Virus record (IMG/VR): IMGVR_UViG_3300042691_027194
Direction: 5' to 3' (one strand)
Source of the DNA: an uncultured virus (IMG/VR IMGVR_UViG_3300042691_027194)
Taxonomy: Duplodnaviria; Heunggongvirae; Uroviricota; Caudoviricetes
Length of the DNA: 64,000 nt
Shown here: piece after piece, positions 30,062 to 39,650 of the stretch
Position numbering within the stretch: position 1 is the first letter of the stretch
Layout of the letters: the number at the start of each line of letters is the position of its first letter
Position numbers and translations under genes: made by a program
Notes under the pieces: generated by a model
The model's input: the letters and a program-made list of their open reading frames with translations, nothing else
The model's database searches: none
What the model was told of the DNA's origin: nothing

Positions 30062-33000
30062 ATGAAACGTAAAGAAGCAGTATATAAGGGTTTACAATTT
30101 GTTCCGGTTTGGTTTGAAGATACATCATTAACATCACCTGATTACTTCCAAATTACCGAGTTTCCTACACGCTTAACTGCTGGTAAGAACTTGTTCAAAC
30201 TTCGAGGACATCCAACAAATCTACGCCCTGGATCATATTTAAACATTGAAGTATTAGATTACAATGGCGATCCAATTTATTCTGAAATTGTCAATTTTAT
30301 TGATGAAGATAAAAGCCGTGTAATTGCAATCTTTATTTATGAAGAAACATCGCCTGGTGATTGTACTATTACTGTTACTGGCGAAGCTATCAATGTTCCC
30401 GCAGATTGGCAAGGTAAATCAAATATAAAATGGACACGCACAGTCCCGGTTAATCCGAATGTATCAAATATATCTGAAATTATTTTTGAACAAATTCCGG
30501 AACTAGTAATCAGTGAAAATGTCGGAGTTCATTTAGATCGAGTATATTCTCCGGCAGGACAATTTCCTACATATTCATCTGGTACGGTTCGTTATTTTTT
30601 ATATAACAATCAGCCGGCTATTGAGTTAATCGGTGGAACATTTACAAATGATATGAGTACAGGCACATTAACTGTACCATCGCCTGTTAATCCAACGCCT
30701 ACGCCCAATTTCCCTATATCTACAACTACGTACACCAGTACGATTAAAAAGATATTAACCGGAACCGTAGCCTTATTAGACACAGAGTATACGGCGTATA
30801 GTAGCCAAAGCATATCACAACATACATATACAGAATTTGCAGCAAGTTCTTATAGTATTGCATATGAAGCAACACCGGAATATGTAGCTACTCAGAATTC
30901 TGAATCATTTGCGTTAATGCAAATTAAAGGATTAGATCCAGCAACCGGAGATGTTTCTAGAGTTAAAGTGTTTATGAACAACACAGGCACGGTTGGTACA
31001 TGGGAACTATTAAATGATGTTGAATTAGATGAAACAGAAATGTTTATTGCTAGCACTGCATCATTATATCCGGATACCAGTATTGGTATGTTTGTTACTC
31101 AAAGTACTATTAATACATATTGGCAAGGCATCACATATGTAAACAGTGCAGTATCATCAGCTCCAATATTAACATGGACAACCCAATCACTTAACAATTC
31201 CATGTTAATACAAAATACTGCAAATATATCTGCTCTGAATTCAGTTACAGTTGCAAAAATTAATTCTGCATACAATGGGATATTTATTGCGAATTCTGAG
31301 TATAAAATTACATTGGATGCTATAGGTACAGTATCTGGGTCATCCACTGCAAAATTATCTTTGTATTTATCAGGCAGTGCATTTGATTATAATCCTACAG
31401 ATTATTTTAATCAGGAATTTCCAGTTAAATTTGGAAAACGTGTCGGTGAATTGCAAATTGCAGAAACATCACAGCGTTGGGATGATACCGTATTTAATTT
31501 TACTGCAGATCATGATGGTGATGGTGTATTACTACTTGTAGCAGAAGAAGGATTATGGCAGGTTGCTGATATTCGAACTACAACTGACAATGATGCTGGA
31601 TATTCTCCTAATTACACCAGACTACGAACCCTAGTTCCAACCGCACATAAATCTAAAAACCAATTAACATTCAAAGCAGAGTATTACAATGTTAATGGAG
31701 AAAAAAGCAAACAAATTAGTTATGTGTATAACAAAGATTGGGCAGGAGGTAACCGATATATCGATGGTGATTATTCAATGCTCACCGGTTCTTTATATGT
31801 AGCAGATTCATTAGAAACTGGAGTTGCTATATCCGGATATAAGAATACTGGATTTATTCGTTCATTAGGATATGAAGGCTTTACTGCAGGATTTCCTGGC
31901 TTCTTATTGTGGAGTGGATCTGCTTTATCTGGTTCTCTGGGAACTAAAGGGGGAGTGCCGTATAGCGGCGTTGGTTTAGAATTATATGCAAATACTTCAA
32001 GTTATTTTAGATATAGTACCACAGACAGTGAAATTGATGTACGTACGGATAAATTCTTCTTTGGACAATATCCTGCGCCATTTATAAGCGGGGCTAATGG
32101 AAATATTGAAATTTCAGCTAGCAATTTTCATTTGTCAGCAGAAGGAAACGTTACTGCTAGCAACGCATTATTTACTGGTGTTGCTTTAGCAAATGTAATA
32201 CGTGATAAAACTGTAATAATTACAAATGCAAATTCTGGTTCATATTTGCAAAATTATATCGAAAACGATTTTACCAACACCCCGGCAGTTCGAATAGTAA
32301 TGGATGGATCGTTAGGTGGCGAAATTGTACGCAGAGTACGAGTAAATATAGCATTATCAAGACCTATAGGAGATTTTCTTTTACCTAGTATTGGCGCGAC
32401 AGAACGAATAGATTTTATTCTGGAAACGGTTTTTCAAAATAAAATTTTAGACACATTCTTTAATCGTACAGCACCGCCAACGACATATGATCAAATAACA
32501 TTAGATGAAGCAGCTGTAATAACATTGGTAACTGCTGGAAACACAGGCGATTCATATTTCATTACTGCTGGCACCGAAAACCCTTTAGATTTTTCGTTTA
32601 AACGTAATTTGAAAATAGGTGATGGTGACACCAATGGAGGTATCTTAACTATATCCAGCTCCGGAGTTGCCGGCGGCTCTGGTGTAAATCAACCTAGAAT
32701 ACAATTAAAAAATAATTCTTATGGTCAATTGAATATAAACCCAGCTAATGTAAGTAGTACAACAGCTACGATAATCGGCAATCGAACTTTAGGAAATTGG
32801 GGGCAATCGTACACGATAACCAATAACAGCGTTGCTATTAGACCTTACATTGCAGTATCTGGTTCAGCTAATGGACAAGATCGTAGAATATTAATTAACG
32901 GAGCTACACATTACGGGCAACGCGTGGTAACAGCAACCGGCGGATCACCAGATATTACATTGGAAACTTCGGATAGTATTATTATTTGCAATCATTCATC

Positions 33001-33241
33001 AGGAACAATGACTATTGATTTAGGAACACCAACTGATGCAGACGCCGGCCGTATTATAAGAATTATTAACAGACAAACAGGCACTGTTACTATAACCGGT
33101 GGTATATATATTGCTGGTTCTGCAGCCGCAGATACTTCGAGGACAACATCAACACAATATGCATCGATACAATTATTAGCACCTGGTAGTAGCTCTATTG
33201 CTGGATGGATTTCTATAAATGAAACCGGTACTTGGTCATAA
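30062..33241 (+). CDS. large virion structural / tail-fibre-like protein
   Basis: 1059 aa, S/T/G-rich and beta-rich; late promoter at 30034. Confidence 0.6.
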   Translation: MKRKEAVYKGLQFVPVWFEDTSLTSPDYFQITEFPTRLTAGKNLFKLRGHPTNLRPGSYLNIEVLDYNGDPIYSEIVNFIDEDKSRVIAIFIYEETSPGDCTITVTGEAINVPADWQGKSNIKWTRTVPVNPNVSNISEIIFEQIPELVISENVGVHLDRVYSPAGQFPTYSSGTVRYFLYNNQPAIELIGGTFTNDMSTGTLTVPSPVNPTPTPNFPISTTTYTSTIKKILTGTVALLDTEYTAYSSQSISQHTYTEFAASSYSIAYEATPEYVATQNSESFALMQIKGLDPATGDVSRVKVFMNNTGTVGTWELLNDVELDETEMFIASTASLYPDTSIGMFVTQSTINTYWQGITYVNSAVSSAPILTWTTQSLNNSMLIQNTANISALNSVTVAKINSAYNGIFIANSEYKITLDAIGTVSGSSTAKLSLYLSGSAFDYNPTDYFNQEFPVKFGKRVGELQIAETSQRWDDTVFNFTADHDGDGVLLLVAEEGLWQVADIRTTTDNDAGYSPNYTRLRTLVPTAHKSKNQLTFKAEYYNVNGEKSKQISYVYNKDWAGGNRYIDGDYSMLTGSLYVADSLETGVAISGYKNTGFIRSLGYEGFTAGFPGFLLWSGSALSGSLGTKGGVPYSGVGLELYANTSSYFRYSTTDSEIDVRTDKFFFGQYPAPFISGANGNIEISASNFHLSAEGNVTASNALFTGVALANVIRDKTVIITNANSGSYLQNYIENDFTNTPAVRIVMDGSLGGEIVRRVRVNIALSRPIGDFLLPSIGATERIDFILETVFQNKILDTFFNRTAPPTTYDQITLDEAAVITLVTAGNTGDSYFITAGTENPLDFSFKRNLKIGDGDTNGGILTISSSGVAGGSGVNQPRIQLKNNSYGQLNINPANVSSTTATIIGNRTLGNWGQSYTITNNSVAIRPYIAVSGSANGQDRRILINGATHYGQRVVTATGGSPDITLETSDSIIICNHSSGTMTIDLGTPTDADAGRIIRIINRQTGTVTITGGIYIAGSAAADTSRTTSTQYASIQLLAPGSSSIAGWISINETGTWS

Positions 33242-33268
33242 TATATTTATATATAAAAGAAACATGAA

Positions 33269-35764
33269 ATGAACAAAATAACAGTACTATTCCCAGGAGG
33301 TTTTAAACCATTAACTGGTGCTCATCTAGATTTAGCAAATCGATATGCTACAGATCCACAAGTAGAACGCGTAATCATGTTGATTGGCCCTAAAGAGCGC
33401 GATGGAATTACACGTGAAAAAACCATGGAATTGTTTAACATCTTAAACGATAATCCAAACATTGAAATACAACCAACTGATTTTAATTCTCCTATCATGG
33501 CGGCATATGAATACTTGTTTGCATTGCCACAAGATGCAACAGGTAGATTTGCAATGGCGGCTTCTGCAAAAGGAGATGATTATGTTCGGGCTAAAGATTT
33601 TGTGCCAAATGTAGATAAATATGCTACTATAGGCGACAAAAAAGGACGTACTATTCCTGGTGGTATTGATGCTACTGAATTGAGTATTAATGTAGATCCA
33701 TTAGCATATGGCAATGGAGAACCGGTATCTGCGACCATGGTACGAGATGCAATTGCAAACAATAATTTTGCACAATTCCGGGCATCATATCCTCAATTTG
33801 ATGAAGCAGCTGTTAAAAATGCATGGCAAGTTGTTACTGGTATGCAAGAAGCGGTGTTCACAAAAGATTGGTGGAAATCTGCATTGCAAGAAGATGTTGA
33901 TGATGTAGTTGAATCAATGATGTTTCCACGTGAAAAGAAACGGCATGCAGAAAAAATTAATAAACTAAGAAACTTCCTAGACCAACATACAAGCAAATCA
34001 TTTGTATATGATTTTGATGATTTTGCTAAAACAGTGGTTGGTGCAAAACTTGTAGAAGGTATTATTGCAGAAAACTATATTACCAGACAAGAATTAGCAT
34101 CAATTGAAAATGCCGTAGATGGATTCTTCCGTGAATATGGTATTGATGTGAATTTTCAAGGACAGTTTACTCATTTTATAGAACGATTAAACGATCCTCG
34201 TAATGAAGCTCCTATTTATATGGATGAACTTCGAGATTTCTTTGAAGATTTAGCCAATGAGTATGGAGATCGAATTGCTAGTCAATTAAAACAAAATCGA
34301 CCTAGCGGTGTAGGATCTGATTATCAGTTTGATATTCCAATACATATGCCATTCATGTTAGTATGGAATTCTAGTAAAAAAATGATTGAACTGCGACCTA
34401 AAACAGTTAAAAAACAAAGATCTCGTTGGAAAGCAAATGACCCGAATGATATTATTTATACTATCGAGTCACGAATGAAAACCGGAGGTATTTTAACTGA
34501 GGGCGGTGCAGCAGGACATATGGCACACCCATGGGACGATCACGGATTAACATTTAATGATGTCCGTGAAATTGTGTCTCGTGCTTTGTCAGGTCGTCTA
34601 GATATTGAAGAAGCTGTCACTGAAAAGACAGATGGTCAAAACATACAATTTACATGGAAAAATGGACAACCTGGATTTGCTCGTAACAAAGGCACGATAA
34701 TTAATCCAATGACGCCAGATCAACTAGTTGCTGATTTTGAACGTAAATATCAAGAAACTATTACAAAATCCGGTGCAGCAGCTGCAGAAGGATACAAACT
34801 AGTTGTTGATGCATTTCGAGAAATGGCACAAGATATTACCGGGGCAATGTCAGCTTTACCGGCAGACAAACTAGAACAAATATTCAAAGGCGGCCGAGTA
34901 TTTGCAAACATGGAAATTATTTATCCAGCAACTAAAAATGTAATTGCATATGACAAAGCACATTTACAATTTCATAACCTAGTTGAATACGATGAAAAAG
35001 GCAATGTAGTCGAAACCGATTTAACAGGTGGTGCTATGATGCAAAAAATTATTCAAGATGCAAATGCACACATGCAAAACACATTTTCATTCATTCCGCC
35101 ACAACGTATTAAATTAGGCCGAGTGTATGATTTTGAAGATCAGCAATCTGCATTCTACAATGAAATTGATCAACTTCGTGATCGCTACGGATTAAAAGAT
35201 ACAGACCTATTGAGTGATTATCATAAAGCATGGTGGAGAGATGTTATTCAAACAAAAGCAAAAGAGGTAGGATATGAAATTCCTGATACTATATTAACTG
35301 CATTAATATATCGTTGGGCATTTGATGATAAATCTACAAACATCTCAGTACTTAAAAAACAAATAGATAATCCAGAATTTGTTACCTGGGTTGATGCATT
35401 TGATAAAAAAGATTTCAAACAGTATCGCAAACAAAACTTGGAACCATTCGAATCTATCTTTTTGCGATTAGGTGTATTGGTATTACAAAATGCAACAAAT
35501 TATCTCGCAGCAAATCCAACAAAAACGGTGCAGGATATTAAAACAGAATTAGCACAACTCATCAAAGATTTGCAAACCAAAGGTGATGAGGCAACTCTAA
35601 CAAAACTTAAACATGAATTAGGACGAATTCAAAAACTTGGCGGATTTGATGCTATAGTACCGTCTGAAGGGGTTGTATTCACATATCAAGGCAATACATA
35701 TAAAATGACAGGCGCATTTGCACCAGTGAACCAAATTTTAGGGGTGTTAAAATACGCACGCTGA
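33269..35764 (+). CDS. multidomain protein: cytidylyltransferase-like domain + middle domain + ligase-like KxDG domain
   Basis: FPGGFKPLTGAH and VSATMVR (HxGH-family nucleotidyltransferase); FTHFIERLNDPRN; EGGAAGHMAHPWDD..EKTDGQN..EGVVF..YKMTG. Confidence 0.7.
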   Translation: MNKITVLFPGGFKPLTGAHLDLANRYATDPQVERVIMLIGPKERDGITREKTMELFNILNDNPNIEIQPTDFNSPIMAAYEYLFALPQDATGRFAMAASAKGDDYVRAKDFVPNVDKYATIGDKKGRTIPGGIDATELSINVDPLAYGNGEPVSATMVRDAIANNNFAQFRASYPQFDEAAVKNAWQVVTGMQEAVFTKDWWKSALQEDVDDVVESMMFPREKKRHAEKINKLRNFLDQHTSKSFVYDFDDFAKTVVGAKLVEGIIAENYITRQELASIENAVDGFFREYGIDVNFQGQFTHFIERLNDPRNEAPIYMDELRDFFEDLANEYGDRIASQLKQNRPSGVGSDYQFDIPIHMPFMLVWNSSKKMIELRPKTVKKQRSRWKANDPNDIIYTIESRMKTGGILTEGGAAGHMAHPWDDHGLTFNDVREIVSRALSGRLDIEEAVTEKTDGQNIQFTWKNGQPGFARNKGTIINPMTPDQLVADFERKYQETITKSGAAAAEGYKLVVDAFREMAQDITGAMSALPADKLEQIFKGGRVFANMEIIYPATKNVIAYDKAHLQFHNLVEYDEKGNVVETDLTGGAMMQKIIQDANAHMQNTFSFIPPQRIKLGRVYDFEDQQSAFYNEIDQLRDRYGLKDTDLLSDYHKAWWRDVIQTKAKEVGYEIPDTILTALIYRWAFDDKSTNISVLKKQIDNPEFVTWVDAFDKKDFKQYRKQNLEPFESIFLRLGVLVLQNATNYLAANPTKTVQDIKTELAQLIKDLQTKGDEATLTKLKHELGRIQKLGGFDAIVPSEGVVFTYQGNTYKMTGAFAPVNQILGVLKYAR

Positions 35765-35794
35765 TATTTATATTAAATAATAAGGAATAAACTG

Positions 35795-36661
35795 ATGGCT
35801 GAAAAACATAAAAGCAAGTATAAAAAACCAGAAAACACAAAATACAAATCCAGAAAAGATCTTAAAGATTACACAATGGATGACAAAGATGGAGGAATGA
35901 ATCCAAAATCTACGGGTGAAAAACATCTTAACGTATTACGTAAAACAGACAAAGAAATGGTTGATACTGGCGATTTAAATGTTAAATATAACGCTGAAGA
36001 TCGTTTATACAAAGATTTAGAAAAAGCAGAATACGAACCAAAGGATGCTGCTAAAAAACTTAAAAAGCGTCAAGATGCGGAAGAAAAAGAAACTGCAGAC
36101 GTTCTTAAAGATAAAATTGAAAACTTAACTCGCGAACAAAAAGAACGTTTAGTTAGAGAATATGTACGTAGAAAAATTGCTTCAATGTTAATTGAGCAAC
36201 CTGTAACAGCGCCTGAAGAAGAAGCACCAGTAGAAGAGCCACCAGTAGAAGAGCCTGCAGCTGAAACACCACCTGCCGATGCAGCCGCTACTGACACAAC
36301 TACACCTCCTGCACCTGATATGGCTGCTCCACCAGCACCTGATATGTCTGCAGAAGTACCAACTGACGTACCAGCAGAAACTCCTGCCGAAACTCCGGCA
36401 CCGGACACATCAGCAGAAGCACCAGCAGCTGCCCCCGAAGCATCTGCAGAGACAACTGCGGTGATGGATCTAGATCGTTTTGTTAATTATTTAAAAACAC
36501 AAGAAGGAAATATTGCTCGAGCTAAAATTACGTTGAAAGCAATTAATTTAGCACTTAAAGATGCAGAGCCAGCAGATCAAGCAAATTTTTATAAAATGAT
36601 TCGAATTGCAATGGTTAAAAAATTAGCATCATTAAATGCTGAAGTAAACAATAAAAAATAA
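35795..36661 (+). CDS. hypothetical protein with P/A/E-rich linker, probably head-associated
   Basis: LVREY..MLIEQ followed by PVEE/PAPD repeats; late promoter at 35764. Confidence 0.6.
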   Translation: MAEKHKSKYKKPENTKYKSRKDLKDYTMDDKDGGMNPKSTGEKHLNVLRKTDKEMVDTGDLNVKYNAEDRLYKDLEKAEYEPKDAAKKLKKRQDAEEKETADVLKDKIENLTREQKERLVREYVRRKIASMLIEQPVTAPEEEAPVEEPPVEEPAAETPPADAAATDTTTPPAPDMAAPPAPDMSAEVPTDVPAETPAETPAPDTSAEAPAAAPEASAETTAVMDLDRFVNYLKTQEGNIARAKITLKAINLALKDAEPADQANFYKMIRIAMVKKLASLNAEVNNKK

Positions 36662-36667
36662 AGTTAT

Positions 36668-37318
36668 ATGTCTAAAAAGTTACAAAATGTCAAAGCCATT
36701 CAACAAATGTTGGATGGTAACCACAAGTTTCAAACTAAAAAAACTGTGGGTTTTTCTGATGCAGATTCTGCTGCTAAGAAAAATGAACGCCATGACGTTG
36801 GTGATGTTTGGGAAGAAACAGATCCAGTAAGTGGTACTACATACATAATTGAACAACGAGATGGTTTTCGTATTAAAAAAACAAAAGCATCAGATGTGTT
36901 ACAATCGGTACGTGAAGAACTTCGTTCATATCCAAACTGTCGCAAAGAGACTTGCACTTGTTTAGAAAAACATCCACTCAATGAAAAGATGCGTAAGCTA
37001 CACGGAATGTGTTTTGATTGTGTGATTGAAATGGAACATGAATTGAAAAAAGAAGGTCGTTATGAAGAATATGAACGAAACAAAATTCGAGAAAATGCAT
37101 TAGCTTGGTTAGCAGAGGCAGAACGAGATGTTGCATTATTAAAAGAAACGTATACACAAGCTTCACAATTCGTAACAAATTCAGAAGGCGAAAAAGAAAA
37201 TTGGACCGCTCGAATGACACCAGAAGAATTTGAAGAAACAGTGCAAGCACAATTTAATACATTCAAAGAAAAATTTTTAGCAAACTTAGATAAAGAATCA
37301 CAACATGAAAACAATTAA
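36668..37318 (+). CDS. hypothetical protein with Cys motifs
   Basis: PNC..CTC and MCFDC. Confidence 0.6.
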   Translation: MSKKLQNVKAIQQMLDGNHKFQTKKTVGFSDADSAAKKNERHDVGDVWEETDPVSGTTYIIEQRDGFRIKKTKASDVLQSVREELRSYPNCRKETCTCLEKHPLNEKMRKLHGMCFDCVIEMEHELKKEGRYEEYERNKIRENALAWLAEAERDVALLKETYTQASQFVTNSEGEKENWTARMTPEEFEETVQAQFNTFKEKFLANLDKESQHENN

Positions 37319-37652
37319 AAAGTATTGGGCAATAATCGTTGCTGCATTGGCTGCAGTATTCGGATTATTTGTTATCATTTCAAAAAAACAAAATGAAAAA
37401 AAATCTGACAAGATTAAACAAAAGATTGATGATAACAAACAACAAATTGATGAACTACAAGGCAAAATCGAAGTAGTAGAAGAACAACGAGCTGAGGTTA
37501 AAGAAGAAATTACACAGCATGAAGAATTAATTGAGGAATTGGAAGAGAAAAAAGAAAATATCGTAATCCAAGAACCAACCGATGTTAATGTTGCTAAAGA
37601 AAACATTCTGAACAAAACAAGCCGTCGTGGAAGAAAATCAAAAAACAAATGA
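37305..37652 (+). CDS. membrane-anchored coiled-coil protein (i-spanin-like candidate)
   Basis: N-terminal TM helix followed by a charged coiled coil. Confidence 0.5.
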   Translation: MKTIKKYWAIIVAALAAVFGLFVIISKKQNEKKSDKIKQKIDDNKQQIDELQGKIEVVEEQRAEVKEEITQHEELIEELEEKKENIVIQEPTDVNVAKENILNKTSRRGRKSKNK

Positions 37653-38020
37653 AAAAACTATTAATCATATTATGTTTTTTGCCGTTATTTAGTTACGGAC
37701 AAGAAAAAACAGATACATGTTTTACTGAAGAACAAATACTAGATATTTCATTTACGCTTGATTCATTGTATGCAGTTTGTGATATCAATGATAAAATTAT
37801 TGACGAACAACGAGCATTAATATCAGATCAAAAGCATTTAATAAATTTAGATTCATTGCAAATTAATTATTTAACTACACAATCTAAATTGCTTAAAACT
37901 AACATTGATTTGTATGTAGAACGTGAAAAGAGATTACAACCACGTTGGTATGATAATAAAGCAATTTGGTTTACTGGCGGAATTCTATCTACTATATTAA
38001 TATTTCAAGTAGCAAAGTAA
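37649..38020 (+). CDS. exported protein with C-terminal TM helix (spanin-like candidate)
   Basis: Signal peptide MKKLLIILCFLPLFSYG/Q; C-terminal WFTGGILSTILIF. Confidence 0.5.
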   Translation: MKKLLIILCFLPLFSYGQEKTDTCFTEEQILDISFTLDSLYAVCDINDKIIDEQRALISDQKHLINLDSLQINYLTTQSKLLKTNIDLYVEREKRLQPRWYDNKAIWFTGGILSTILIFQVAK

Positions 38021-38021
38021 T

Positions 38022-39602
38022 ATGGCACAACCAAGCATAAAACAGATCATTCAACAGCAGTACATGCAATGTGCTAAAGATCCTGTGTTTTTTATGCGTA
38101 ACTATTGTTATATTCAACATCCTAAACGAGGCAAGATCAAATTTAATTTATTCCCGTTTCAGGAAGATTCATTAACTGAATTACGAGATAATCGATACAA
38201 TGTTATTCTTAAGTCTCGTCAGCTAGGTATCTCAACTCTATCTGCCGGATTTGCATTATGGAGCATGTTGTTTGCAGAAGACTTCAACGTGTTAGTTATC
38301 GCAACTACACAAGAAGTAGCAAAAAACCTAGTAACCAAAGTGCGAGTGATGCATGACAACTTGCCAAGTTGGTTGAAGGGTACAGTTGAAGCCGATAACA
38401 AATTATCATTGAAATTTAAGAACGGCTCACAAATCAAAGCAGTATCATCAGCAACCACAGGAGCACGTTCAGAAGCATTATCATTGCTAATAGTAGATGA
38501 GGCCGCGTTCATCAGAAACATTGAAGAAATATGGATAGCATCGCAAGCAACACTATCAACAGGTGGAGGTGCAATTGTTCTTTCTACTCCGAATGGAGTT
38601 GGTAACTGGTTTCATCAAACATGGGCAGATGCCGAAGCAGCCATTAATGGATTCCACACAATTAAACTGCATTGGACGGTGCATCCAGAACGAGATCAAC
38701 AATGGCGTGATGAACAAACACAGCTGTTAGGTGAACGAGGTGCAGCACAAGAATGTGACTGTGACTTTGTTAGTTCAGGTCATACTGTCGTGGATGGTCC
38801 ATTGCTCCTAGAGTATGATAATTTAACAGAAGAACCACTTGAACGTAGAGGTTTTGATGGAAATTATTGGGTATGGGAATATCCAGACTATGCAAAAGAT
38901 TACACGGTTGTGGCTGACGTTGCCCGAGGCGATGGTGGTGACTTTTCAACATTTCAAATATTTGATGTTCAGGACGTACGACAAGTTGCTGAGTATAAAG
39001 GCAAGATTGCGCCGAATGATTTTGGTAACATGCTCGTCACAGTTGCAACCGAATGGAACAATGCTTTGCTAGCAATTGAAAATGCAAACATCGGATGGGC
39101 CGCAATTCAACCGGCACTTGACCGAGGATATCAGAACCTACATTACACATACAAAGACGATGGATACACTGATGCATCCGTGCAACTTCGTAAAGGTTAT
39201 GATATGAAAGATAAGAGCCAAATGGTTCCTGGAGTATCAACTACATCACGTACACGACCATTAATGATATCTGCATTAGAAATGTATATGCGTGAAAGAA
39301 CCCCGGTTATACGCAGTAAGAGGCTAATACAAGAACTATTAGTATTTGTATGGCTTAATGGTAAAGCACAAGCACAGCAAGGATATAATGATGACCTTGT
39401 GATGGCGTATGCAATTACATTGTGGTTACGAGATACAGCATTAAAACTACGACAACAGGGTATTGACCTAAATAAACGAGCACTATCATCATTTCAAAAA
39501 ACTAACCCAGTTATTTACACCGGAAAGCCAAATATGGACAACACCGGATGGAACTGGAACCCAGGTGATGGAGATCAAGACCTAACTTGGTTGATCAGAT
39601 AA
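38022..39602 (+). CDS. terminase large subunit (T4 gp17-like)
   Basis: KSRQLGIST, LLIVDEAAF, LSTPNG, ADVARGDG and NDDLVM motifs. Confidence 0.95.
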   Translation: MAQPSIKQIIQQQYMQCAKDPVFFMRNYCYIQHPKRGKIKFNLFPFQEDSLTELRDNRYNVILKSRQLGISTLSAGFALWSMLFAEDFNVLVIATTQEVAKNLVTKVRVMHDNLPSWLKGTVEADNKLSLKFKNGSQIKAVSSATTGARSEALSLLIVDEAAFIRNIEEIWIASQATLSTGGGAIVLSTPNGVGNWFHQTWADAEAAINGFHTIKLHWTVHPERDQQWRDEQTQLLGERGAAQECDCDFVSSGHTVVDGPLLLEYDNLTEEPLERRGFDGNYWVWEYPDYAKDYTVVADVARGDGGDFSTFQIFDVQDVRQVAEYKGKIAPNDFGNMLVTVATEWNNALLAIENANIGWAAIQPALDRGYQNLHYTYKDDGYTDASVQLRKGYDMKDKSQMVPGVSTTSRTRPLMISALEMYMRERTPVIRSKRLIQELLVFVWLNGKAQAQQGYNDDLVMAYAITLWLRDTALKLRQQGIDLNKRALSSFQKTNPVIYTGKPNMDNTGWNWNPGDGDQDLTWLIR

Positions 39603-39650
39603 AAAACACCACCGGTTCTGTAACTAGTTATATTTATATTAAAAGAAAAT

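Noticed and set aside
36205..36450. GC-richer repetitive stretch
   Set aside because: It encodes the Pro/Ala/Glu-rich linker of ORF 35795; it is not a mobile element or RNA gene.
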